This document shows positions 50,892 to 60,319 of a stretch of DNA of 62,189 bases, piece by piece. The notes under the pieces are model-generated. The model did no database searches. It had not been told where the DNA came from and saw only the letters and a list, made by a program, of their open reading frames with translations. This DNA is from Burkholderiales bacterium (GTDB lineage: Bacteria; Pseudomonadota; Gammaproteobacteria; Burkholderiales; Ga0077523): the NCBI GenBank assembly GCA_044339985.1, contig JBIIUM010000003.1:1-62189 (forward strand), read 5' to 3'. A program made the translations under genes and the position numbers. Each line of letters opens with the position of its first letter. Positions within the stretch are counted from its first letter, which is position 1.

Positions 50892-51440
50892 TCAGTTGCC
50901 GCCGAAATCGTGAAACGTGCGCCAGCGCTCCCGGGCGGCGAGCTCGCGGTCGAGACTCTCGCGCGCGGAACGGTCGCGTTCGCCGATGTGCAGCAGGGTC
51001 TTGTTGAACTGGCCCCAGCTGATGGAGCCGGCGTAGAGATCGGCCAGCGCTTCGGAGATGCGATCCTCGGATTCATCGCGAAAACGCGGCATGGGGCCAA
51101 GGGCGGTTTGCGCGAGGCGCCGGCAATCGGCACGCACTCCCTCCAGGGCCTTGATGGCGTCACGCTCGGCCTCGGTGGCAACGCGCCTGCGATCGGCAAG
51201 CTGCTCCACCGGCAATGCCTGGCCAAGCACGATCGGCAGCGGCATTCGTCCCCGCAGGGGATCGAGCCCGGGTTCGGCGTGAAGCGCCTCACAACGCTGC
51301 TGCGCCACAGCAACCGACGAGGCGGTCCCGGGCGTTGCGCAGCCCGACACAAGTGCCACAAACGCGGCAACCACGCCCATGGGCACGATCCAGCCCGTCG
51401 CCGCGCGGCGAACGTCACTCATGGTCTTTTGCCCATCCAT
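50892..51440 (-). CDS. Hypothetical lipoprotein
   Basis: Lipobox VSGC; ATG 51440 after GAGGGAG; helical mature part. Confidence 0.7.
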   Translation of the reverse strand: MDGQKTMSDVRRAATGWIVPMGVVAAFVALVSGCATPGTASSVAVAQQRCEALHAEPGLDPLRGRMPLPIVLGQALPVEQLADRRRVATEAERDAIKALEGVRADCRRLAQTALGPMPRFRDESEDRISEALADLYAGSISWGQFNKTLLHIGERDRSARESLDRELAARERWRTFHDFGGN

Positions 51441-51497
51441 GTAGATCTCCCTCATCGGCCTCCGGCCGGTACCACTATTTAATCCCAACTCCCGTGA

Positions 51498-51515
51498 CTG
51501 TCATCTTTCTGTCAC
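51498..51515 (+). promoter_or_regulatory. Pho-box-like direct repeat
   Basis: CTGTCAT-cttt-CTGTCAC with 11-bp period, matching both PhoB half-sites. Confidence 0.6.
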
Positions 51516-51610
51516 AAATTTGTGTTGCAGCCCTGCCGATGAAGGCATAGGGTTCCGGGAAGCGCTGTCCTGGGTGGCCGGCGCTGCAGCTCAGCCAGGA
51601 GGGTGTTGCC

Positions 51611-51952
51611 ATGCGCAATCGCGATTTGTTCGTGACCACCTTGGTGCTCGCAGGCTGTGCGGGCGCTCCTGCCATTCCGGTGGGCGCAGACATGAAGCCG
51701 CCTGGCGAAAGCGGGTCGCTGCGCACCGGGTTCACGGCCATCGCCACGCTGCCGGCGGTCTCCGACAGCCGCGCCGCCCTCGACGGCGCCGAGCTGAACA
51801 GCTACGAGGCTTTCGTGCGCACGGTGCAGCGCTCGGTGGACGAGGGCATCGTCACCCCCGCCGAAGGCCGGGCCCTCATTCAGCGGCAGCGCCGGCAGAT
51901 GGAGTGGCAGGCCCGGAGCGCCACCGCTGCCTACAGCTACCCGGACAACTGA
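51611..51952 (+). CDS. Small hypothetical lipoprotein
   Basis: Lipobox LAGC; GGAGG upstream. Confidence 0.7.
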   Translation: MRNRDLFVTTLVLAGCAGAPAIPVGADMKPPGESGSLRTGFTAIATLPAVSDSRAALDGAELNSYEAFVRTVQRSVDEGIVTPAEGRALIQRQRRQMEWQARSATAAYSYPDN

Positions 51953-51970
51953 TCCGCGCCGCTTGCGCCG

Positions 51971-52909
51971 TCAGCGTGAAGAGGGCCCGCCGGCCATCAG
52001 GCACAGCAACTCGTACATGATGGTGGCACCCACCAACGCCGTGTTGCCGCTGGGGTCGAAGGGCGGCGAGACTTCCACCACGTCGGCACCCACCACCTGA
52101 ATACCCATGAGGCCCTGCAGCAATTGCTGGGCTTCCCGGGTGGTGATGCCACCGATCTCGGGCGTGCCCGTGCCAGGCGTGTAGGCCGGATCCAGTCCAT
52201 CCACGTCGAAGGTCACGTACACGGGCCCCTCGCCCACCACCCGGCGTGCCTCGGCAATCACTGCCGGGACGCCGAGGGCCGTGAACTCCTCGATGAAGAT
52301 CACCCGCATCCCTGAATCACGGGAAAAGCGCCAGCCGTCATCGATCATCTGACCGCCGCGAATGCCGATCTGGACGGCGCGGCGCGGGTCCACCAACCCC
52401 TCCTCCACGGCACAACGAAAAGGCGCGCCGTGATGGAAGCGGCTGCCATTCCACTCTCCCCACGTGTCGGTGTGGGCATCGATGTGCACCATACCCACGG
52501 GGCGCTGCCGGGCGATGGCGCGCAGGATGGGCAGACTGATGGAGTGGTCCCCTCCGGCGGCAAGCGGGCGGACGCCGGCCCCGTGGATGCGCGCGAAGAA
52601 GGCCTCGATGTCGGCAAGCACCGCCTCGTGATCGAAGATGCGCGAGAAGCGCACGTCCCCCACGTCAGCCACACGCAGGCGCTCGAAGGGGTTGAACCGG
52701 TGCACGTGATGGATGCCCCGCACCAGGGTGGACTGGTTGCGGATCTCCCGCGGACCGTGGCGCGCGCCAGGCCGGCAGGTGACCCCGCCGTCGTAGGGCA
52801 CGCCGGCAAGGGCTACCTGCAACCCCGCGGGATCGCCCTGCCAGGGCGTGCGCATGAAGGTGGCGAGTTCCATGTAGCGTGGCGAAAACTGCGGGGCATG
52901 GCTGTCCAC
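51971..52909 (-). CDS. Agmatinase-family ureohydrolase
   Basis: RPGARHGP, GGDHS, DAHTD, FHHG, FDVDGLDPAYTPGTGTP; GTG 52909 after GGAGGG. Confidence 0.92.
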   Translation of the reverse strand: MDSHAPQFSPRYMELATFMRTPWQGDPAGLQVALAGVPYDGGVTCRPGARHGPREIRNQSTLVRGIHHVHRFNPFERLRVADVGDVRFSRIFDHEAVLADIEAFFARIHGAGVRPLAAGGDHSISLPILRAIARQRPVGMVHIDAHTDTWGEWNGSRFHHGAPFRCAVEEGLVDPRRAVQIGIRGGQMIDDGWRFSRDSGMRVIFIEEFTALGVPAVIAEARRVVGEGPVYVTFDVDGLDPAYTPGTGTPEIGGITTREAQQLLQGLMGIQVVGADVVEVSPPFDPSGNTALVGATIMYELLCLMAGGPSSR

Positions 52910-53145
52910 GTGGGTCCCTCCAAAAAAGGAATTCGGTTTCACGATAGCCCGGCGCCCGGGCACCTGGCCACTCGCCGCGCCCGGCGTGCGACGGGCCCGG
53001 CAAAGTGCCGTGACGCCCCGTCCAGGCGCGGTGCGGGCGCCTTATGATCGCCCACATCATCCATTCTTGACGGTCCACCACTCGCACCGGTGCCACCGGC
53101 CGTCGCGCGGTTCCGCGACGCGCCCGCGACCGGACCTTGCTCGCC

Positions 53146-54813
53146 ATGAACACCCGCCACTTCTCCATCTGGCCGAAGAACCTGCCGCGCTCCATCGTAC
53201 GGCCCGTCACGCCCGTGCACCACAACTTCGCCGTGTCGGCGCGGCGCTATCCGGAGGCGGTGCTGTGCCGCTTCTACGACAGCCCGCTCACCTACGGCGA
53301 GGCCTGGCGGCAGGTCCGGCTGCTTGCCGGTTTCCTGCAGCAACGCTGCGGCGTGCGGCGCGGCGACCGGGTGCTGCTGGCCATGCAGAACAGTCCGCAA
53401 TTCATCCTGGCCTACTACGCCATCCTGCGCGCCGATGCCGTGGTGGTGCCGGTAAACCCCATGAACCTCACGGAGGAACTGCGCCACTACGCCACCGACT
53501 CCGGCGCGCGAGTAGCGTTCGCGGGGCAGGAACTGCATGCCCGCCTGGCGCCCTTGCTTGGAGAAGGCGCCCTGGAGCGGCTCGTACTGGCCGCCTACAG
53601 TGACTATCTGGAGGGTGGCACGGACCTGCCCCTGCCCGAAGCCTGCGCCGCGCCCCGTGCACGGTTGCACGACGCCGGCATCACCCTTTGGGCCGACGCC
53701 CTCGCCGCGGGCCTGGCGCCAGCGCCCACCGAGGCGGGCCCGCAGGACCTGTGCGTCATGCCCTACACCTCCGGCACCACCGGCATGCCCAAGGGGTGCG
53801 CCCACACCCACGCCAGCGTCATGGCCACGTTGCTGGCGGGCGCGCTGTGGTTCCGCACCATCCCTGGCGGCTGCCTGCTGTCGACCCTGCCGCTGTTTCA
53901 CGTCACCGGCATGCAGGGCTGCATGAACGGCTCCATCTGGAACGGCGCCACGCTAGTGATGATGCAGCGCTGGGACCGCGACACCGCCGCCCGGCTCATC
54001 CAGCGCTACCGGCCCGCCAGCTGGACCAACATTGCCACCATGGCCATCGATTTTCTGGCCCATCCGCGGCTGGGTGACTACGACATCTCCAGCCTCGATC
54101 GCATCGGCGGCGGCGGCGCCGCCATGCCCGAGGCCGTGGCGCAACGTCTGCGCCATCTCACCGGCCTGACGTACATGGAAGGCTACGGCCTGTCGGAGAC
54201 CATGGGCGCCACCCACATCAACCCGCCCGAGCAGCCCCGCCCCCAATGCCTGGGCATTCCCATCTTCGACGTGGACGCCCGCGTGGTGGACCCGGACACG
54301 CTGGCCGAACTCGCGCCCGGCGAGACCGGCGAGATCGTGGTCAGCGGCCCCCAGGTGATGCGCGGATACTGGCAACGGCCCGAGGCCGACGGCGCCGCGT
54401 TCTTCCAGCGCGATGGCCGGCGATTCCTGCGCACCGGGGACCTGGGGCGCATGGACGAGCTGGGCTATTTCTTTCTCACCGACCGGCTCAAGCGCATGAT
54501 CAACGCCGCCGGGTTCAAGGTGTGGCCGGCGGAGGTGGAAGCGCTGCTGTATCGCCATCCGGCGGTGCAGGAAGCCTGCGTCATCGCCGCCCCCGATTCC
54601 CGCACCGGCGAGACGGTGAAGGCGCTCATCGTGCTCAAGCCCGGCCACCAGCACCAGACCCAGGCCCACCACATCACGGCCTGGGCGCGCGAGCACATGG
54701 CGGCCTACAAGGTGCCGCGGCAGGTGGAGTTCGTGGGCTCGCTGCCGAAATCCGCCACCGGCAAGGTGCAGTGGCGCGCGCTCCAGGAGCAGGAGTTCGC
54801 GGCCCGCCCGTGA
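53146..54813 (+). CDS. Long-chain acyl-CoA ligase
   Basis: YTSGTTGMPKG, EGYGLSE, RTGDLG, DRLKRMIN, LPKSATGK. Confidence 0.93.
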   Translation: MNTRHFSIWPKNLPRSIVRPVTPVHHNFAVSARRYPEAVLCRFYDSPLTYGEAWRQVRLLAGFLQQRCGVRRGDRVLLAMQNSPQFILAYYAILRADAVVVPVNPMNLTEELRHYATDSGARVAFAGQELHARLAPLLGEGALERLVLAAYSDYLEGGTDLPLPEACAAPRARLHDAGITLWADALAAGLAPAPTEAGPQDLCVMPYTSGTTGMPKGCAHTHASVMATLLAGALWFRTIPGGCLLSTLPLFHVTGMQGCMNGSIWNGATLVMMQRWDRDTAARLIQRYRPASWTNIATMAIDFLAHPRLGDYDISSLDRIGGGGAAMPEAVAQRLRHLTGLTYMEGYGLSETMGATHINPPEQPRPQCLGIPIFDVDARVVDPDTLAELAPGETGEIVVSGPQVMRGYWQRPEADGAAFFQRDGRRFLRTGDLGRMDELGYFFLTDRLKRMINAAGFKVWPAEVEALLYRHPAVQEACVIAAPDSRTGETVKALIVLKPGHQHQTQAHHITAWAREHMAAYKVPRQVEFVGSLPKSATGKVQWRALQEQEFAARP

Positions 54814-54866
54814 CGGGTGCCGCCGATCCGGACTATCTTTTTTGGTTTCTTTCCCCACCGGCCCCG

Positions 54867-56546
54867 ATGAGCGCTCCCAAACACTGGCCCAAGCAGTTCT
54901 CCTGGCATCTCACAGTTCCCGAAACCAGCCTCTGGGCCAACCTCGAGGTCAGCGCCCTGCGCTACCCGGACAAGGCCGCCACGCTGTTCTACGACGCCCG
55001 GTCGAGCTACGCGGCGCTGGCGCGCGAGGCCAGCGCCCTGGCCGGCTACCTGCAAAAAGGCTGCGGCGTGGCCCGCGGCGATCGCGTGCTGCTCGACCTG
55101 CAGAACTGCCCGCAGTTCATCGTCGCCTCCTACGCCATCGCCCGCGCCGACGCGGTGGTGGTGCCGGTGACGCCCATGCACGTGACCGAGGAACTGGAGT
55201 ACGCCTGCGGCGACAGCGGCGCGCGGGTGGCCATCGTGGGTGCCGAGACGATCGATCGCGTGCTGCCGTTGCTGGGTGCCACGCTGGACCACGTGATCCT
55301 CGTCACCTACGCCGACGCCCTGGGCGGCGGCACCACCCTGGAGATACCCGCCTTCGTGCGCGCTCGACGGGTAGCAGCGGCCGATGCGCGGGTAGTGGCC
55401 TGGCACACGGCCCTGGAGGCGGGCCACGCGCCGCGCCCCCACACCGCGAGCCCCGACGATCTTGCCGCGATCCTCTACACCTCCGGCACCACCGGCCGTC
55501 CCAAGGGCTGCATGCACACCCACCGCACCATACAGACCACCGCGGTGGGCGGGGCACTGTTCGAGAACGTGACCCAGGACGCGGTGATCCTCTCCACCGC
55601 CCCCATGTTCCACGTCACCGGCATGCAGCACAGCATGCACGCGGCCGTGTACGCCGGCGCCACCATCGCCCTGCTGCCGCGCTGGGATGCCTCCGCGGCC
55701 GGCTACCTTATCGAGCGCTATGGCTGCAGCCACTGGGCCAACGTGCCCACCATGGTGGTGGACCTGCTTGCCCATCCCGACACCGCCAGCCGCGATTTAT
55801 CCAGCCTGCGCAACGTGTTCGGCGGCGGCTCCTCCATGCCCGCGGCCGTGGCCGCCGAATTGCAGCGCCGCTGCGGCATCGAGTACATGGAAGGCTACGG
55901 CATGACCGAAGCCATCTCCCAGACCCACATGAACCCGCCCCACATGCTGCGCAAGCAGTCGCTGGGCATCCCCACCTTCGACACCCTGTCCTTCGTGGTG
56001 GACCCGGCCACCTTGCGCAAGCTGCCGCCCGGAGAGGTGGGCGAGATCGTGGTGAGCGGCCCGCAGCTCATGAAGGGCTACTGGAACCGCCCAGAGGCCA
56101 CCGCCGAGGCCTTCGTGGACATCGACGGCCGCCGCTTCTATCGCACGGGCGACCTGGGCCGCATGGACGAGGAAGGCTTCTTCACCATCGCCGACCGGCT
56201 CAAGCGCATGATCAACGCCGCCGGCTACAAGATCTGGCCCGCCGAACTGGAAGGCGTGCTCTACCAGCACCCTGCCATCCAGGAGGTGGCCATCATCTCG
56301 GCCCCCGATGAGCGTCGCGGCGAAACGGTGAAGGCCTGCGTGGTGCTCAAGCAGCCCGGCGCCGTGGATGCGGCGGCGCTGATCGCCTGGTGCAGAGAGC
56401 ACATGGCATCCTACAAGGTGCCGCGACACGTGCAGTTCATGGAAGCCCTGCCGCGCTCGGGCACGGGCAAGATTCAATGGCGTGCGTTGCAGGAGCAGGA
56501 ATGGCGCGCGGCCGCCGGCGGCGCCGCCGGAACCGCCAGCGGTTAG
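54867..56546 (+). CDS. Long-chain acyl-CoA ligase (tandem paralogue)
   Basis: YTSGTTGRPKG, EGYGMTE, RTGDLG, LPRSGTGK; ATG 54867. Confidence 0.93.
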   Translation: MSAPKHWPKQFSWHLTVPETSLWANLEVSALRYPDKAATLFYDARSSYAALAREASALAGYLQKGCGVARGDRVLLDLQNCPQFIVASYAIARADAVVVPVTPMHVTEELEYACGDSGARVAIVGAETIDRVLPLLGATLDHVILVTYADALGGGTTLEIPAFVRARRVAAADARVVAWHTALEAGHAPRPHTASPDDLAAILYTSGTTGRPKGCMHTHRTIQTTAVGGALFENVTQDAVILSTAPMFHVTGMQHSMHAAVYAGATIALLPRWDASAAGYLIERYGCSHWANVPTMVVDLLAHPDTASRDLSSLRNVFGGGSSMPAAVAAELQRRCGIEYMEGYGMTEAISQTHMNPPHMLRKQSLGIPTFDTLSFVVDPATLRKLPPGEVGEIVVSGPQLMKGYWNRPEATAEAFVDIDGRRFYRTGDLGRMDEEGFFTIADRLKRMINAAGYKIWPAELEGVLYQHPAIQEVAIISAPDERRGETVKACVVLKQPGAVDAAALIAWCREHMASYKVPRHVQFMEALPRSGTGKIQWRALQEQEWRAAAGGAAGTASG

Positions 56547-56630
56547 AATGTCCTTCGTGCGCCTGCCGGTGAAAACCGAGGCATTTAGACCTCCCCGGGC
56601 CCCCACGCCCTCGCCACAAAAGGATCGCTC

Positions 56631-57770
56631 GTGAAATCGTCCCTCGCCCTGACCGCCGCCCTGCTGACCGCCGTCCTGGCCGGTTGCGCCACACCCAACG
56701 CCATCAAGGAACCCTACGACAAGGCGGCAACCCAGGGGCGCCAGTGGTTCAACAACCCCTACATTTGCGCCGCAGGCGGCGCGCTGGTGGCAGGCGGCGC
56801 CGCCTCCACCGAAAACAAGGAAGCGGCGCTCATCGGCGCGATCATCGGCGGTACCGTGGGGTACTTCGCCTGCAACTGGGAGCAGAAGGGCCCGCCCGAT
56901 GCCGACGGCGACGGCGTGCCCGACGCGGTGGACCTGTGCGCGGACACGCCCAAGGGCACCCGCGTATCCGCCTCCGGCTGCGCCCTGGACCACGACACGG
57001 ACGGCGACGGCGTTCCCGACTCCGCCGACAAGTGCGCCGCCACCGGCAAGGGAGTCCCGGTGGATGCCACCGGCTGCGCCATCAGCACCGACTCGGACTC
57101 CGATGGTGTCCCAGACCAGCGCGACCTCTGCCCCAACACCCCGCCCGGCGCGAAGGTGCTGGACAACGGTTGCGAGGAAGACATCGACAACGACGGCGTG
57201 CCGGACAGCCGCGATCGTTGCCAGGGCACACCGGCCGGCGTGAAGGTCGGTCAGGACGGCTGCGCGCTGGACAGCGACGGTGACGGCGTTCCCGACGTGC
57301 TCGACCGTTGCCCCAACACCCCGGCCGGCGCCAAGGTCGATGCCTCCGGCTGCGAAGCCAAACCAGCCGCCCCCACCACCAAAGCCGCCCCGCCCCCCAC
57401 GCTGCCCCAGGGCCAGCCGATGCCGCCCGTGACCCGCCTCGATGGCGTGAATTTCGCCACTGGTTCGGCGCGAGTGCTGAAGGCTTCGTTCCCGTCCCTG
57501 GACGAACTGGCCGCTCAACTCCTGGCGAATCCGGCGCAACGCCTGGAGGTGGCTGGCCACACCGACGCCGCCGGCTCGGCTTCCATGAACCGGGCCCTGT
57601 CCCAGCGGCGCGCCGATGCGGTGATGTCTTACCTCATCTCCAAGGGCGTGCCGGCAGCCAGCCTGGTGGCCAAGGGCTATGGTCCCGATCAACCGGTGGC
57701 GGACAACGACAGTCGCGAGGGACGCGCGAAGAATCGTCGCGTGGAACTGCGCCCGCTCGACGGCAACTGA
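56631..57770 (+). CDS. OmpA-family lipoprotein with thrombospondin type-3-like repeats
   Basis: Lipobox LAGC, glycine zipper, five DxDxDGVPDxxDxC repeats, OmpA C-domain GHTD...LSQRRA...NRRVE. Confidence 0.92.
   Translation: MKSSLALTAALLTAVLAGCATPNAIKEPYDKAATQGRQWFNNPYICAAGGALVAGGAASTENKEAALIGAIIGGTVGYFACNWEQKGPPDADGDGVPDAVDLCADTPKGTRVSASGCALDHDTDGDGVPDSADKCAATGKGVPVDATGCAISTDSDSDGVPDQRDLCPNTPPGAKVLDNGCEEDIDNDGVPDSRDRCQGTPAGVKVGQDGCALDSDGDGVPDVLDRCPNTPAGAKVDASGCEAKPAAPTTKAAPPPTLPQGQPMPPVTRLDGVNFATGSARVLKASFPSLDELAAQLLANPAQRLEVAGHTDAAGSASMNRALSQRRADAVMSYLISKGVPAASLVAKGYGPDQPVADNDSREGRAKNRRVELRPLDGN
56898..57353 (+). repeat. Five ~30-aa TSP3-like Ca-binding repeats
   Basis: DADGDGVPD, DTDGDGVPD, DSDSDGVPD, DIDNDGVPD, DSDGDGVPD, each with a Cys pair. 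Confidence 0.88.
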
Positions 57771-57776
57771 CGCAGC

Positions 57777-59096
57777 GTGGACAGCGCCGCGCCCCTGCCC
57801 GCCACGCCTGCCCTCGACCCGGGCCTGCAGCGCGAGCTGTTGGCCGCCGTGGAGGAGTTGCGCGATGCGCTGGTGCAGCTCACCTGCACGCTGGTGTCTT
57901 TTCCCAGCCTGATGGGTGAGGAGGCCTCCGCGCAGGACTTCATGGAGGGGCTGTTCCGCGGCATGGGGCTGGCCGTGGACCGCTTCGAGGTGCGTGACAC
58001 CGACCTCACGCACCTGCCCGGCTACGCGCCACCCACGGGCCACTGGCAGCGCCACGACAACGTGGTGGCGCATCACGCACCACGCAGCGCCACGGGCCGC
58101 TCACTCATTTTCAACGGCCACATCGACGTGGTGCCCGTGGGTGCCGAAGCGCTGTGGAGCACGCCGCCTTTCACCCCCGTGGTGCGCGATGGGCGCATCT
58201 ACGGCCGTGGCGGCGGCGACATGAAGGCCGGCATCGCCGCCTACGTCATCGCCTTCCAGGCGCTGCGCCGGCTGGGGCTCCAGCCGGCAGCGCCCCTGTG
58301 GATGCAGTCGGTGGTTGAGGAGGAATGCACCGGCAACGGCGCGCTAGCCTGCCTGGCTCGTGGCTATCGCGCCGAGGCCGCCATCATTCCCGAACCCTTC
58401 GACCACACCATCATGGACGCGCAGGTGGGCGTGCTGTGGCTCGCCGTGGACGTGCATGGCCGCCCGGCTCATGTGCTGGACGTAAAGCAAGGCGTCAACG
58501 CCATCGAGGCAGCCTTCGCCCTGTATCGCGGGCTGCTGCCGCTACGCGACGCCTGGAACCGCCCGGAGGCCCGCCACCCTGCCTTCGCGGACAATCCCCA
58601 CGCCATCAACTTCAACCTCGGCCGCATCCGCGGGGGCGAATGGCCCTCCTCCGTGCCCACGCGCTGCACCATCGAGATACGTTGCGGCTTCCACCCCGGG
58701 ATGAGCGCCGCCGATGCGCGTGCCGCCGTGGAAGCGCAGCTCGCCAAGACCGCGGGCGAGGATCCGTCCCTCGCCGGCGCCACCTACCAGGTGCGCTACG
58801 GCGGATTCCAGTCCGAGGGCTGCGCCATCGCCCGCGACCTGCCCATGATGAAACTGCTCGCTGCCAGCCATCAGGTGGTGCGCGGCACTCCCGTCCAGTG
58901 GATGGCCAGCACCGCCACCACCGACGCGCGCGTGTTCAACCTCTATGGCGACACTCCGGCCACCTGCTACGGCCCGGAGGCCACCCGCATCCACGGCATC
59001 GATGAGTCGGTGAGCATTGACAGCATGACGGACGTGACGCGTGTTCTGGCCCTGTTCCTGGCGGGCTGGTGCGGTACGGAAAAGATCGTCTCATGA
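57777..59096 (+). CDS. ArgE/DapE family M20 deacylase
   Basis: FNGHIDVVP, GRGGGDMKAG, EEEC, TTDAR, HGIDE. Confidence 0.92.
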   Translation: MDSAAPLPATPALDPGLQRELLAAVEELRDALVQLTCTLVSFPSLMGEEASAQDFMEGLFRGMGLAVDRFEVRDTDLTHLPGYAPPTGHWQRHDNVVAHHAPRSATGRSLIFNGHIDVVPVGAEALWSTPPFTPVVRDGRIYGRGGGDMKAGIAAYVIAFQALRRLGLQPAAPLWMQSVVEEECTGNGALACLARGYRAEAAIIPEPFDHTIMDAQVGVLWLAVDVHGRPAHVLDVKQGVNAIEAAFALYRGLLPLRDAWNRPEARHPAFADNPHAINFNLGRIRGGEWPSSVPTRCTIEIRCGFHPGMSAADARAAVEAQLAKTAGEDPSLAGATYQVRYGGFQSEGCAIARDLPMMKLLAASHQVVRGTPVQWMASTATTDARVFNLYGDTPATCYGPEATRIHGIDESVSIDSMTDVTRVLALFLAGWCGTEKIVS

Positions 59097-59686
59097 ACCA
59101 GCTGGGCTGGCAGGCTTTGTGGCGCCTGCTGGCCGGCGCCGTCGTGGTGCTCGCGGCCGGTTGCGCACACCACTCCGGTCATACCGCCGCGGACGCGGGC
59201 TCGCCCGCCAGCGTGGCCGCACCGGAATCGCCCCCCCGCAGCGTCGGAGAGCGGGCCGCCTCTGCGGCGCTGGCGCAACTCGGCGCACCCTACCGTTTCG
59301 GCGGCCTCGATCCCGCCGGCTTCGACTGCAGCGGACTGGTGCGCTATGCCTACCGCGACGCTGGCGTGGAGTTGCCGCGCGCCACCCGCGACCAGCGCAA
59401 GTCCGTACCGCTCCTGCAAGCCGGCAGCGCCCTGCAACCCGGCGACCTGCTGTTCTATTGGCGCACGCCGAAACGCAAGGAACTGCATGTGGCCCTCTAC
59501 GTGGGCGGCGGCGATTTCGTTCATGCACCGTCCTCGGGACAGGCGGTGCGCAAGGACAGGCTTGACGATCGCCACTGGCGGGCGCTGTTCCTGGAAACGC
59601 GCCGCGTCACCGGCGCCAGCGCGCGGGTGGCATCCAGCGAGGACGTCCCCGGTTCCCGACAACGACAACAGGAGATCAATCCATGA
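59093..59686 (+). CDS. NlpC/P60 lipoprotein peptidase
   Basis: Lipobox [34 protein letters not shown]. Confidence 0.92.
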   Translation: MNQLGWQALWRLLAGAVVVLAAGCAHHSGHTAADAGSPASVAAPESPPRSVGERAASAALAQLGAPYRFGGLDPAGFDCSGLVRYAYRDAGVELPRATRDQRKSVPLLQAGSALQPGDLLFYWRTPKRKELHVALYVGGGDFVHAPSSGQAVRKDRLDDRHWRALFLETRRVTGASARVASSEDVPGSRQRQQEINP

Positions 59687-60108
59687 GCATTGCATCCGAG
59701 TTCAAGGAGTTCGCAGTCAAGGGCAACGTCATCGATCTCGCGGTGGGCGTGATCATCGGTGGCGCCTTCGGCAAGATCGTGGATTCGGTGGTGGCCGACC
59801 TGATCATGCCGGTGGTGGGCCGCATCTTCGGCGGCCTTGACTTCAGCAATTTCTTCATCGCCCTGAAGGACGTGCCCCCCGGCGTGCCCCTGGTGCTGGC
59901 CGAGGTGAAGAAGGCCGGCGTGCCGGTGTTCGCCTACGGCAACTTCATCACCACCGCGATCAACTTCATCATCCTGGCGTTCATCATCTTCATGATGGTG
60001 AAGCAGATCAACCGCCTGAAGCGCGCCGAGCCGCCGCCCGCCCCCCCGGCCACCCCCGAGGACGTGCTGCTGCTGCGCGAGATCCGCGACAGTCTCAAAA
60101 AAGGCTGA
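59683..60108 (+). CDS. mscL: Large-conductance mechanosensitive channel
   Basis: [35 protein letters not shown]. Confidence 0.97.
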   Translation: MSIASEFKEFAVKGNVIDLAVGVIIGGAFGKIVDSVVADLIMPVVGRIFGGLDFSNFFIALKDVPPGVPLVLAEVKKAGVPVFAYGNFITTAINFIILAFIIFMMVKQINRLKRAEPPPAPPATPEDVLLLREIRDSLKKG

Positions 60109-60319
60109 ACGCAAATCCATGGGAAGGGCATCCCACCCATGGCGCCGTTCCGCGCCGCCGCGGTGGATGCCCGGAATCGAGAGCGCAAACGAAGCCTCCG
60201 GGTGATGCGGTCGGGGAGCGCCCTTGCGAAAGAGCTTCTTGACCTATCGTGCGATTGTGAGACTTTTCGCGGCGATGTACGGTTTCATCGTATGGAACCG
60301 GGGCCCCTAGAGACTCTTC

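Noticed and set aside
51545..51610. TAGGGTTCCGG resembling the 5' end of a guanidine-I riboswitch, near a ureohydrolase
   Set aside because: The downstream GGTCCGAG and AAAAGCCCGGGAG elements are absent, and it is not upstream of the ureohydrolase.
54246..54866. Apparent 207-aa N-terminal extension or frameshift fusion of the second acyl-CoA ligase
   Set aside because: It is an off-frame overlap with the first ligase; both genes are complete with their own starts and stops.
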